Counted from the stretch's first letter, positions 26,150-38,513 are shown. The stretch is DNA of 64,000 bases from Epiperipatus broadwayi (GCA_028023455.1 JAQFVV010000001.1:15438001-15502000), one strand, 5' to 3'. The notes: a model not told the origin generated them from the sequence alone. Program-made: numbers and translations.

Positions 26150-29100
26150 TTGAGTCGTATAATTTATTTATTAATTATTTATAAAATAAAATGGAACTAT
26201 TGTGTATTCATTGAAGACTACATTATATAAGATCCTACAAAACTATATAATGCACATAGAATTCTACATTATACAATATTAAACATCGTCAAAGCATAAA
26301 CATCATATACAATATGTGATTTTCAAAATGTTTATATCCACAAGTTGATGTAATAATAAATTAGGAGTAGATTAGCAATTCCAAAGCCTAATTTTAATGT
26401 TCTATAACTAATTCCATTGATGCAAAATTCAAACTTGTGCTCTGAACTAAAGAGTCACTATAAAAAGCCTAATGTGCAAAGTGTTACAACAGCAATTAAC
26501 CAATTGAATCAATATTTTAATAATGATGATTAAAAACACATATAAAACAATTTGTGAGATTTTCATAAAATTATTAAAATTAACAATATGCTCTATAATA
26601 TTAAATTATATATCAGCATATTCCAATTATTATCATAGAATGATGGAAAACATTTCAATTAAATTTCGTTTTGATACAAAGAAGATTTAGAACCATTATT
26701 AAAAATCCATTTATCTTGAAGTACATAGAGATTCATGTGGTAAATTACTAAGGAAGAATTGAGATTCATTTTTAAAATAATAAAATCCACTAAGAAAAAA
26801 AAAGACATAAGCAAAAAATCATTACAAAAATTTTGGGATGCATTGTCACTCAAAACAATGGCATCTAACAAATTATGTTAAAAGTTAGCAGTCAAAGAGC
26901 AAAATAAGTTCACATTATATGAGAACTTCCAAATAGAGATTGTTGAACAGATTGAAACTCATATACTCAAAGATTAAAATATGTAATATAAGAGCATACC
27001 AATAGTTCAAACAAGCTCTTAATATTACATATTTATAAATACAAACTTATAAAATCAATGTCATTGCTATATATGATTTGTATTATTGATTATCGATTAA
27101 AATAATAGTTGCCTTTAAAAAAAATACCTATTCCAAATTTATTAAAAAAAAAAGCTGATGTTTGTTCTCTAAAAGCAATTGATTCTAATTATGCTAATTT
27201 CAACTAACTGTTAAACTTATAAATGAAACAAAATTCTTTTAAAAACCGTGTTGAGAATACTACTAAGTATATTTTTGGATTCACTAAAAAAGAATCATGA
27301 TTGGTTCTCTGATAGCAATTCGATAATTAAAATATAATTAAAAAAACATGTGACATTTTCCACTTGGCATAATAAAATGAATATTGAGCTTCATAAACAA
27401 TATAAATAAGTTCAACAATTGACAAGACTTAAAAATAATTGATGGATTAAAACTGTAAATGACTGTCATCATTTTAGATTTAATTTTGAAGCATTGAAAA
27501 AAAGTATTTAAACAAAGATAACCAGATTATTAAAACTGAAATAATCTTAACAATGGAAAGACTGCAGGTTTTGATGAGATATCTGGAAAACTTTTAGATA
27601 TTGGAATTTTTTAGGAATATAATTGTGTTAGTAATCCTTAAGGATATTTCTGTTATTTCAGTTTATAAAAATAAAATATAAAACTTTGCAGTAATTATCA
27701 TAAAATATAATTGTTATCTGCTACACCAAAAGTAATTTATTGAAGAAGTTGTTTCCAGACATGAATGAATGATTATCTACGAATCAGTTTTGTTTTTAAA
27801 TAATAAAAAAAAAAAACACTAGACATAGTTTTTATTGCCAGACAAATGCTAGAGAGAATCAAGAGTAAAATGTGATTTATATATTGTTTTTGATTTGATT
27901 CAATTAATTGAAGATATGTGTGGCAATGTTTAAAATTAGTTGGTATCCATCAAAATTTGGACATATTATATAACTTCTGTATGATGAAATATGAGGAAAT
28001 GCTATTATTACTGAGGAAAATTATTGTTGCATTTGGATGAAAACTTGTATAAACAAGGACCTTTCTTAATTTCAACTATATTTCTTATTTTGATATGACA
28101 GAGATCTTTGAATAGTTTATAGGCAGCTTCCCAAAACATTATTATAAGCTGTGATGTTTGAAAGCTTAATTTTTTAATTTGCATTGATTAAAAGCAAAAA
28201 TCAACAACTTTTTGGTTTCTAAATAGGATGTTTAAGATTATGTCATTACTACCAATTCAAAAGATGATTGATAGAAAGTTCTTAATAAGAATCAGTTTAA
28301 ATATTTTAGTAGGTTCCTATATAGAATGGTGGACTCCTGTGTGCTGATGCTGCATTTAATAAGTTAAAAATTATGAGTATTTTATCATAATGATATAACT
28401 AGTGTAACTAAATTGTATATAGAAATGTTATTTTTTTGCCATATATTATATGAAAATGAGATCTCGATTCTCTATATACTTAATGTAAAAATTTCATTTG
28501 AGGCTGTTCCATAAAATTATAAAAATATGGTGACATATTCATAAAATACATTGTAAGTACTTTAAACAGGCTTTAACCTGTGTTCAATGCACTTTAAAAT
28601 TCGTAATAATCAGGCATATTTTACTGATTGAGGGACCTTCCAAACCACAACACAAGATAGTGACTTTTATAATGATAAGAGTGGCCATCTTATCTTTAAC
28701 CTAAATGTCCACTTATATAGGCGAATCTGAAGCATCTTGATTTGGAAGTGTGAAGTTATTGTTTTCTCCACTGTTTAAGTCCACTATTTCCTTTACAAAT
28801 TAACGTATGCGAAATCTTGCGATTTATAGCGAGTTAATATGCTCTTATCTTTATAAAAGTCACTATCTTGTGTCATAGTTTGGAAGGCCTCTCAATCGGA
28901 AAAATATGCTTGATTATTATGAATTTTAAAGCACATTGAACACAGATTAAATCCTGTTTAAAGTACTTACATATGCTTTTTGTGCGCTCAATAAATTAAT
29001 TACTACTCTTCAATAAAATACATTGGTAAATTCTTCAGTTTGCTTGATGTCGTGCTATAGAATATACTGTTGTTACACTGGAAATATGAAGTCAATGCAT

Positions 29101-29400
29101 TGTAACAGATTTCTAAAAAAAAGTATTTTATGGAGAACTTAAGTATAGTTTCATAAAAAAGACAGTTCCCATTTCAAGATAACTTCAAAAGATCTAAAGA
29201 AATGTAATATTGAGGCTTACAATGGGAAAAAATGTTTGAAAATATAATAAAAGAATTACAACTATGTAAATTATTGAAGTCCTTCAGAAGTAAAATTCAG
29301 AAGTAAGATTAAAAGACAGCATTGAATCAACATGTAATACATGTGAAATTTGTAGTTCATGGAATGATCTTGATAGTTATTACAAAAGTCATATTAAAAG
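26150..29400 (+). mobile_element. Decayed RTE-type LINE interrupted by the 28554-29012 insertion
   Basis: Remnants of EN (LGVD*AI), NGKTAGFDEISGKLL, DIVFIARQMLER, and after the insertion a 3' LYGEL/FKDN/DLKKCNI region. Confidence 0.65.
28541..29025. mobile_element. Small fold-back insertion with 13-bp direct repeats (probably PLE-derived)
   Basis: Inverted arms at 28552-28682 and 28842-28971. ATAAAATACATTG at 28541-28553 and 29013-29025. The spacer encodes STYIGES. Confidence 0.75.
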
Positions 29401-29643
29401 TTTTTCTTTTTCTATCTTTGTCTCTCTCTGTGTGTTTTTTCTTCTGAAATTTGAAAGACCAAACTCGTTTATGACTGGCTACTAATAGTAGCAAAAATTT
29501 GTTCAACAAAATTTTCATAAATATCTGTATAGTTAAAATATAAGTACCATCAACAGAGAAATTAGAACTTTATTCCATAGGAATTCTAATTACATAAAAA
29601 GCATTGCAAAATTTTAAAGTATTTTATTATTCAATCTTATAGA

Positions 29644-29670
29644 ATACAGTGGAACCATGAATTATGCTAT
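29644..29670 (+). repeat. Tc1/mariner-pogo-like terminus, second copy at about 61820-61848
   Basis: TA-CAGTGGAACCATGAATTATGCTATAT here and TATAGTGGAACCATGAATTATGCTATAT at 61.8 kb. Confidence 0.5.
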
Positions 29671-30234
29671 ATTTTGTTCAAAGACCCCTCCCCTCCCCAT
29701 ATTCAACATATATATAGTAAATAACAGTTCATTTTGTTGATAAACATTGATTAGAATATGTATTGCTTATTGAGCTGCAAATGTATAGTATTTTTCCCAA
29801 TACACAAACATATATAAAACAGATGCTTTTTTATATGTATAACATGTATGTAACTCAAAATTATAGAATAAATAAATTTTTAAAAAATAATAATGTGGTT
29901 ATTATTAATAAATTGAATGGGCATTTATTCAATTTTACGAATGTGTTCACACATGCATGTACAGAAGTAATAAGAATAAAAAAAAAACTCCTACTGTATT
30001 TTTATCTTGAAAGTTTATTAATGTATGTAATCTATATGTACTTGACTCTGAGAAGGAAATATGGCTGATGATTATTAAAATTTATGAATGTTAGTATAAA
30101 TTAATTACAAATATAAATAATCTAAAAAATCATAGTAGTACTTCTACAATAGAATCACATTGACGTGATTAGGTATAAAAAAAAAAAGTATAGATAGAAT
30201 ATCATTAAAGTACATTCTACTGTAATGAAAAAAG

Positions 30235-30430
30235 CAAGGAATAATTCATCATAAGTAACAAACAAGACTTTTGAGTGAGCTTTTATCATGTAAATTTAAT
30301 TAGGTAACAGAATCTATTTTGTATTAACAATATATTCAAGGAATAATTCATCGTAACTAACGAATTATGTCTTTATGAGTGAGCTTTTATCATGTAAATT
30401 TAAACAGGTAAGAGAGTCTATTTTGTAATA
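30235..30430. repeat. Diverged tandem duplication, 2 x about 102 bp
   Basis: Units start CAAGGAATAATTCATC at 30235 and 30337 and share TGAGTGAGCTTTTATCATGTAAATTTAA. Confidence 0.9.
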
Positions 30431-31880
30431 ATGGCATTAGCATTTTAATATTATTAAATTCACTAGATTGTGATGACCAAGAAATTTCTAAAAAATGAGG
30501 ACATTATAGAGATTAAGAAGACGTGATACTTAATAGCAAATGAGCTATTAATAATAAAAAAGAATAGCACAAAAATGAACAGATACATTAGAAAAACTAC
30601 AGGGAATAAAAAAATGAAAAGGGATTATGAAAGTGACAGAAAAGTGAATAAAAATCGTATTTGCAGCAAAGAATATTTGAGGTTTGTAGACAGCATCTAT
30701 TTTACATGAGAGTAATGAAGGGAAGTTGGAAAAAAAAAAAAGTCTAATAGATCCTAAAAATTCATTTTTTTTATTCTATACAAATTAGAAATATAATTCT
30801 ATTATTCTTGAAAACTAAGTTATTGCTAATTATATACACCACAAACAAATATATTTCATTCTTTAAATTAAGATTTCTCATTACCCAGAATAACTACCAC
30901 TTTTAAATAAAAAAGTACTAATTTCAAGTTGTGCAAGCACTATTAGCTTTTTCTTTATCTCTAAAAAAAAATAAATATTAGATATAAGCAGATAACATAT
31001 AATATAATAAAATGTAAATTGTCTTTTGCATTTTTTAATTTTGATTTTTTTTTTTTTGCAATCTTCATCAGAAATCTTGTTAATTTAGAGGTTATTAATT
31101 TATTACATATAATAGATTAGAAAAATCTTTGATGAAGAAAGACTGCAAGTAGTTGAAACAATAATAATAATAAAAAAATTAAAATTGCAAAAAAGAATGG
31201 TGCATTTTATTACATCATGTGGAATTACATAATTAAAAGAAATGATTTTATTTCATATAAAAAAAAAGGACAAAAATTTAAAAAGAAATGATATTATTTG
31301 AGCTTTCTACATATAATAGATCAACAAGATCTGTGATGCTGCAAATCTTCAAAAGCAATAAAAGAATTATAATAAAAATTACTTTAAAAAGGGCAACAGA
31401 TAATGAACATTTTATTATATATAAGGATCTGAGCAATTAAAAAAACTGAACACATTAATGCAGATATTTATAATTATTATTAATAATTATAAATGGATGA
31501 AAATAAAATTTTATGTATCAATGATTATTTTTAATGATTCAATTCCTGTATAAAGATTTTACATTTCTAATATATTCCCTTCTCTATCTAAAGGCAAGTT
31601 GGAGTTACTAAATAATAAGTTATTATGACCAAATGGTACTTTTTTTGAATTTGAAGCTGTTTTATAAGTGAAATAATGAAGCCTCTTACAAATTCTTTTA
31701 TTTTTGCAAATTAGTTAATAAATGTATTGGCCTCAAGGTTTGTGATGATGGCATTTTAGTTGTATTCATATGTTGGATTATTTCCATTTTCTAACATTAA
31801 ACATAGAAAGTCTTTAAAAAAAATGTTTAACTTCATTTAAATTTTCCAATTATATTTAGCTATTAGTAATAGCACACAGG

Positions 31881-32929
31881 TTAGTATATAAATGATGTTT
31901 CTAGTGGTATTATTCTCTCTTCTTCAGTAGTAACATGGTGATTGAACCTGAACCTTTATATTATTGGATATTGAATTTTAAGTTAATATTCTAACCAACT
32001 GAACAATTCTAATGCTCTAACCAACTCAGCCATTCTGTCAAAGTCAGTAGAAATTTCATATATTTATCTATAAAGTTCCTTCTGATTTCTTCACTTTTTA
32101 TAATAATAAAGCTAATTAGAGATTTCCAGATATTATGTATAGTCACACTAGATTGACTTAAGGAATTATTTGCCATTGTCATGTAAGCAGCTTCTTTGAA
32201 TTTTCTTTTTTTGCATCTTTTCCCCTTCAATATTTTTGTATTTCCTCAATCAAACATATTCATTGATACATATATGGCTTGCTACTTTAGATATATGTTT
32301 TCTTTTTTTTAATTTTAATTTTCACTTTTTAATGGGATCACTGATCTCACCCATACACATTCTTCTATGTTAACATAGTGTTTCATAGATACAATTTTTG
32401 CTTTTCAACATTTCAGGTTTAGGCTTTGTAGATGTTATAATTCATTGTATGAATGTGGAAAGATGTATACTGATGAAACCAGTCACCCCTTTGAAAAGCA
32501 ATTGCAAGAGCACAAACTGATTATTAGAAAAGAAAAAAAACAGATGTGTATCTAGAGTAGCAGGCTATGTATGCACCCAATGAACATATATTTGACTGAA
32601 GAAATACAAAAATATTGGAGAGGGAAAGATACAATGAAGAAAAGTCAAAAAGCTGTTTACATGACAATGGCAAATAGTTCCATAATCTAGTGTGACTATA
32701 CATAATGTCTGGAAATCTCTAACTTTATTTACTATTAGGAAAAGGTGAAGAAATCAGGAGGAACTTCATAAATATATGAAATTTTTACTCATTATTGCCT
32801 TTGGCAGAATGGCTGTTAGTATTATCTTAAAATTCAAGATTCAGGTTTGATTCCCATGCTAGTGCGGTCATGGTTAGGCCATCTAACACTTGAGAAGACA
32901 ATAATATCACTGAAATGTGTATATACTAA
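31881..32929. mobile_element. Penelope-like head-to-head palindrome (arms about 31881-32395 minus, 32430-32929 plus)
   Basis: Reverse-complement arms encode a GIY-YIG C-terminus (ECGKMYTDETSHPFEKQLQEHK; KGKRCKKRKFKEAAYMTMANNSLSQSSVTIHNIW). Degenerate CTGAAGA...GAAAC motifs lie near the outer ends. Confidence 0.85.
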
Positions 32930-33014
32930 TCAAAATTAAGTATTAAAATTTTTCTAAATACATTCAGTATTTCGTATTAAATGATAGAAATAATCCAAAA
33001 TTATATAAATATAG

Positions 33015-33410
33015 CTAGTAAATATATAAGATTTGAAATACAGACATTCTTCATATACCTGGAGCTTAATTGTAAATAAAGGGGATTTGAATATAGATTT
33101 TCAAGCACCCTTCAGCTATCCACACTATCTCATACTACTGATACACATGACCACACACAAGTAGAAAAGATAAATAATCACCAATATACGTATTTCATGC
33201 TGAACCAGCACTCATCAGTTGGTCCAGATTATCATTACCCGCGCATATATATAATCAATGCTCGGTTTATATTTAAGACAGCAAATCTTCATACTTTAAT
33301 GGACATGTATGTGATCATGTGTAACAATGGTATGAGATAGTGTGGATAGTTGAAGGGTGCTTGAAAGTCTGTGTTTAAATCCCTTTATTTACTAGTAAAT
33401 ATATATAAGA
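33015..33410. mobile_element. Small PLE-derived fold-back insertion with about 17-bp direct repeats
   Basis: Inverted arms at 33072-33160 and 33304-33392. CTAGTAAATATATA(TA)AGA at 33015-33031 and 33392-33410. An HHR lies in the spacer. Confidence 0.85.
33180..33223 (-). ncRNA. Minimal type I hammerhead ribozyme
   Basis: ACCAA-CUGAUGA-GUGCUG-GUU-CAGCAU-GAAA-UACGUA-UA/UUGGU: perfect 5-bp stem I, full core, 6-bp stem II, palindromic stem III, AUA cleavage triplet. Confidence 0.9.
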
Positions 33411-33419
33411 CAAATGTTT

Positions 33420-34200
33420 ATTGCCCAATAAACGAGCCGTCTTTTTAAAATTAAACGAAATATTAATATCTTAATTATTTATTAGACATTAAACGAAAAT
33501 AAATTATTATTAGGAATACAAAACTTATACTCTCTAGTCTTTTATTGAATTATTAAGTACTTATTTCCTTCATTTTAAAAATATGAAGTTCCTCATTAGG
33601 AGACATTGACAAATTTTACAATTATTTTAAATGAAAATAAAAAGCATCTTTACAATAATTTCTAAAGCAAATAAACAGAAGAAAAAAACCCTTCAAGTTT
33701 TATAATATCAGTACACGTGATCAACATTTCACGGGAATTCATTCTGAAATTATATAAAGGTTCGCTTTACGCAATCTCAAGAAAAGATAACCTGACACTT
33801 TTACAATAAAACAAATTAAAAAAAAAACCTAAAAAGTTCAATCTGTCAATGCTTTATTGAAAGAGGATTCATATCCATCTGTTCCAAATGACTAATTTTA
33901 ATTATTATATATGCATTATAAAAACGGATTTTTTTTAAAAAACAAAAACATACATCTAGCTGAATATTGTTCGATCGAACACAGAGCAACAACAATGATT
34001 GTTTGTATTTCGTTTGCAGACAACAACGTAATAGTTTTCTCATGACTGATTCCAGCAGCCTTAATTATAATTTTTTTTAAAAAAGATCCGGTAAGAAAAA
34101 TAATTATTACAGGTTGGGGAAAAAATGATTACATTGTTTTTTAATTAATTATATTTTTTAATTTAAACGCACATTTTTTTTCTTAAAAAAAAAAATACGG
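33420..34200. promoter_or_regulatory. CpG-retaining non-TE island, candidate promoter or 5' exon region
   Basis: About 15 CpG in 0.8 kb by eye, against severe depletion elsewhere. CACGTG at 33714-33719. Splice-like TTTGCAG at 34013-34019 and CCG/GTAAGA at 34090/34091. Confidence 0.3.
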
Positions 34201-35501
34201 TTAGCATATATGAGTGAAAGTAAATCAGATTTTTAATTAGTCCACAACCAGATAACTTCACAAAAGGAATATAGGACAATGCTTATCAAACACAAATAAC
34301 ATCAATATGTATCCATTATTAAGAAAGCTAATAAGAATTTCAATTAGTCAAAAACTTAAAACACATACTTATGGTTTTTAAAGATATAAAAGTACAGTAT
34401 AAAACTTTGTATTGCCATAGATCAATATTCAACCATTGTTTTTCAAATCAATAGTTTATTTAACATCATAGTATTGATCCCTATATAATTTCTGGAAATT
34501 ACTTTCCTTCTATAGATATCAGTCTTTCACTATAGTTATCCAACAGTAATCTTTTATTCCTATTATGCCATCAAGTCTTTTTTTATATTTTTAACCATTT
34601 ACTCATATTAAACCTTGAGCATTAGAGATTTTATGTTTCAAAGGTACTTTATTCATTCTTTGTACAGAAAAACATTTGTTACACTTATTTACTCTTTTTT
34701 TTTAACCAAAATTAATTAAATCATAGACACTAGATACAACAAATCAATAAAAAACAAACAAACAAACATTATTATTGAGACAAGTGTGTCATCATGGTTT
34801 CTATATATACTTTGTAATCGGAAACGTTTCTATTCCTTTCTTTTATTGTTTCTAGCTTATTTCGAAATGCAATTAGTGTTCTTGAATTGTTTTCATATAC
34901 ACATATGCATCTTGTGCGGCATATAGCATAGAGAACAAAGATATTAGCATGCACATTTGAAAAAAGACCTTTACCAAATTCCTTAAACATATATTCAATA
35001 TTTACATTTATATTCTTAAATATAACTGGTATTTCTGCCCTGATCTAGTCAAAGCTGGGACATGAGAAATAAATGCAAGATTGGGTTTTGGACTCCCTTT
35101 TACAAAGACCACAGAAATCATCTATTGATTGAATCTGACTTTTATATTTGTAAAAAAAAAAAGGTAGGTAATGCTTCTAAGTTGATATTAACCAGAAAAT
35201 CAAAGAATTTAAGCTCAAGTGGCCAATATCTAAATTTGCGACATAATTGTTTATTTGTAAGTTCAAGTATAGACTTTTCGTGAATTTTTGTGGCTGGGAA
35301 GAGTAATAAAAATACTTCCCAATATTGATATTTTCCCTTTGGGGGAATAGACAAGATTTTGTATTCTAGGACTAAGTCTCTAATGGTTTTAAATATCCTG
35401 TAAGTGGAGGTGGTCTATCTATAGGTGTGATTTTGAATGCTATTTCCAGGTAAAGAAACATCTCAATACATCTTGAGATGATATTAAGTGGTTTCTGTAT
35501 T

Positions 35502-36056
35502 TCAAATACTTTTATTGAATGTAGACCAAGGCCATTGCTTGCCAATGGACACTGGAACTTTCTGACTGAGATTGATGAAATCCTTACCCCAGGGAAGTTT
35601 TCTCAGTAGTGTATGACTATGGTTAATAAATTTCTTTGTAAATTTTATAATTAGTGTATAATATGTCATTCTAGTCATAATTAGCATGTTGTATAAAGAA
35701 ACATTGGCATATAGAGAAAGATAAGCTTTTGTTAGGGAGTTAATTATATGTTCTATTTTATCTGTTAGTTGGTTTTGAATACTTGTTCTCATTTGTGTGG
35801 AATTTAAGTAAAAAGGAAAACCTAAAAAAACCCTGGGTTTTCCTTTAAAATGTTCTATAATATTGTATCCTGTGTAGATTTGCCATGCACTTGATTTTCC
35901 CATATTAAACATGAGTTTGAATTTGTCAGTGTATTGTTTTAGCAATTTTATTACAAGTAGAATTTGTTTTTTGGATAATAAGAAAATTGCAACATCATCC
36001 ATATAAGCAACACACTTAATACTGGTGTTTAAGTGTGGAATATATATGGCTGTCAT
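35502..36056 (-). CDS. RT C-terminal/thumb fragment of the same LINE
   Basis: VAYMDDVAIF, FNMGKS, FLGFPF, LSLYANVSLYN. Confidence 0.85.
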   Translation of the reverse strand: MTAIYIPHLNTSIKCVAYMDDVAIFLLSKKQILLVIKLLKQYTDKFKLMFNMGKSSAWQIYTGYNIIEHFKGKPRVFLGFPFYLNSTQMRTSIQNQLTDKIEHIINSLTKAYLSLYANVSLYNMLIMTRMTYYTLIIKFTKKFINHSHTLLRKLPWGKDFINLSQKVPVSIGKQWPWSTFNKSI

Positions 36057-36926
36057 TTCTTTTTCAATGACTATTAGTAAAGGGTTTATGTATATTGAGA
36101 AGAGTAATGCATTCAGCAGTGAACCTTGAGGTATAGAACAATTGGGGATAATAGGTGGTGATATTCGTCCATTTATAGTTACACGTATCTCCCTGTTCTA
36201 AAGCAAATTTGTCAAGACATAAAAGTAAGCTTTGGGTATATTCGTCTCAGCTAGAGTGTTAATCGGAATGTCAATAGGAACTGTATCAAACACAATTTAA
36301 TATCCAGCTGAATCACAACAGGACCATTTTTTTTTTACTCTAACCGTTTCAATAATAGTTTTAAATATAAAGGTTGCCTGATCAGTGGATGAACCCTTTT
36401 TTGCAAATTGGCATTTAGAGAGCATAGGTAAAATATATGGCTACATTTTATCTTTTAGAACAGCCTCCGATACCTTGATTCCCAATGGCATCATTGAAAT
36501 TGGTCATAATTTTTCCATAGTTGATATCTTTTTTTTTTTTTAGAAAAAAAAAATACTAGTGATATAGAATATATATTTTATATTGTGTATATTTCTTTTG
36601 ATAGGAAGATTTGCTATATTTGCTAGGTAATTGGAGATAAATAAATTTAAATGTCGATGATGGCAAGATTCAGCTATGGACTCCAGTTTCCTTGTAAATT
36701 CATTTGGGAAAAATTTATCTTCTTCTTTTGACTCACCAAAAGGCTTTTTTGCAAGATTATAAGAGTTGTCAGATTGCAGCCTATTCTTATAATACAAGTA
36801 GGCTGGTTCCAGCATATACATCCCACTAACTGTCCCTGTATGCGTTTGGATGGCTGTTGGCACTCTGATTGAAGGAGAGTGACCCAAAGCCCATCTGATA
36901 TAGTTTCTAGAACATGTATGAGTTTG

Positions 36927-37898
36927 TCAAATAAATATTCTCCTCTTCTTTATTGCTAGATATTCTTTGAGTGTTGATTCTGTTCCATTATATAAATTTT
37001 TAAGGTTTTTTAATTTTTGCTGTTCATTTACTGAAGATAGAGTCTGTTCATTAGTGCAAATAGGTCTGTTAGTGATGGTGTGGCTTTGGTAATACGATGA
37101 ATTGTTTGATAATATTCTTATATATGCTATCCAGGCTTGTGCTGGATCCATATCAATCTTACACAATTTATTTAAATATATATAAATTTCTGAAAACAGA
37201 AACTCAGGTGTTCTAGATGGTAATAATATTCTAATAGTGTATCCAGTGGATATTAAATTTTTATTATTGAAATCCAGTTCAATTTTAGTGCTAAGTGTAG
37301 CATGGTCTGAAAAGGGTGCATTTTTTATTTCTATATTAATGCGGTGATGAATAGATGAGGAATAAAACATGAGATCAATTACTAAAGAATGCTTTCTATT
37401 ATTAAAAGAAATGGTACCATTTGGCAAAAAACCAAAGATGTAACCAATTTTTAACAAATTTTTCATATCAAAATCACCCATAAGTATGCATGGGTAGAGA
37501 AAAGAGCCAAGCATAAAATTTAATGTGAGAATCAGTCTATTCATTATTGTGTATCCAGGAGGAATATATATAAAAATTACATCTAGTACCATTGCTTTAT
37601 GTTGCAATGAAATAATAATAAATTGTTCATCAATATATCGAATTTTAAAAGAGCTAAGTTTATCTATAATAATCCCTGTACCTGCAGAGGGGGAGTTGGA
37701 AGATTTAGAGAAAACTGCAAAACCCTTATTTACAAAGTAAACAGAAGGGTCAATATGTGAACCATTATATATTTTGGTTTCAAGTAGACCCATTAGATGC
37801 GGATGGCCAATATCATACCATTGTTTCAATTGATAAATTCTCTTAGTAGAGCTAAGAACCCTAATGTTTAAGGATGCAATTTTTATCTTCATTAACAT
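36927..37898 (-). CDS. APE-like endonuclease domain plus linker of the LINE ORF (frameshifted from RT)
   Basis: KIASLNIR, LLETK, IYIPP, MGDFD, IDLMF and SDHATL motifs. Confidence 0.88.
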   Translation of the reverse strand: MLMKIKIASLNIRVLSSTKRIYQLKQWYDIGHPHLMGLLETKIYNGSHIDPSVYFVNKGFAVFSKSSNSPSAGTGIIIDKLSSFKIRYIDEQFIIISLQHKAMVLDVIFIYIPPGYTIMNRLILTLNFMLGSFLYPCILMGDFDMKNLLKIGYIFGFLPNGTISFNNRKHSLVIDLMFYSSSIHHRINIEIKNAPFSDHATLSTKIELDFNNKNLISTGYTIRILLPSRTPEFLFSEIYIYLNKLCKIDMDPAQAWIAYIRILSNNSSYYQSHTITNRPICTNEQTLSSVNEQQKLKNLKNLYNGTESTLKEYLAIKKRRIFI

Positions 37899-38475
37899 CT
37901 ATTATCAAACCCACCACTTCGTAAACCAAAAACACAAAAAATTACAATTAACTAGAGATAAATAGTACAGGATGAAAACGAAAAACTAAAGCATTTGAGA
38001 TTTTAACTAATGAAAAGTAATCGCAAGATATCCTGAAATGATTATTCCCAGTGTCCTTTGTCAAAAGATTCTTTGGATTCCTATAACCTTGAAAGGTTAT
38101 ACACACACACACACACATAAATATGTCAAATCTTAGAACATATTAAAAAGGTCAAGCAATATGTAATTACTGTCTACATAGATAAAATATTTAGAATTAA
38201 AATTATTGATAAGTAATTCTGCAAATGTATATGTTGGCACATACAAAGATTGCATACCTTTCTAAAGACTACTTTTATTTACAATTGGTTTATTTTTTGC
38301 TATTAAGGCCTTGGCGATTTTATATTGCTAAAGCTATTAATACATGGTGTATCTGAACTTAGTTCAGTCCCATATGGCTATTTAAGTTAGATAGCTGGAT
38401 TGGAAGCCATATGGATATTTGAAAATTTCAGATTTTCTACTTAATAGTTATACAGTAGATAAAGTGCTCCTAGTG

Positions 38476-38513
38476 CCTCACTGAGGATGCCAGTAGCAGA
38501 AAACGGGCTGGGG
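38476..38513 (+). ncRNA. Degenerate minimal hammerhead ribozyme in a probable PLE remnant (about 38120-38570)
   Basis: CCUCA-CUGAGGA-UGC-CAGUA-GCA-GAAA-ACGGGC-UGGGG; two substitutions from a GAAA-CCGG-UC cleavage region. Confidence 0.6.

Larger units (their letters stand above)
34695..38100 (-). mobile_element. L1/Tx1-like LINE, nearly complete EN-RT-zinc finger ORF with frameshifts and poly(A) end
   Basis: EN, RT (QLD..FDTVP, IPQGSLLNALLFSIYINP, AYMDD) and CGLC...C finger occur in order. Stop at 34772, short 3' UTR, A9 at 34695-34703. No ORF1 visible. Confidence 0.92.

Noticed and set aside
32800-32875. tRNA-derived SINE head (TGGCAGAATGG...GGTTTGATTCCC)
   Set aside because: It cannot form a cloverleaf and is part of the mirrored PLE arm just after the GIY-YIG frame.
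34695-38100. Bacterial retron, group II intron or DGR interpretation of the RT
   Set aside because: The RT is fused to an APE endonuclease and a CCHC finger and ends in poly(A), which is a eukaryotic non-LTR architecture.
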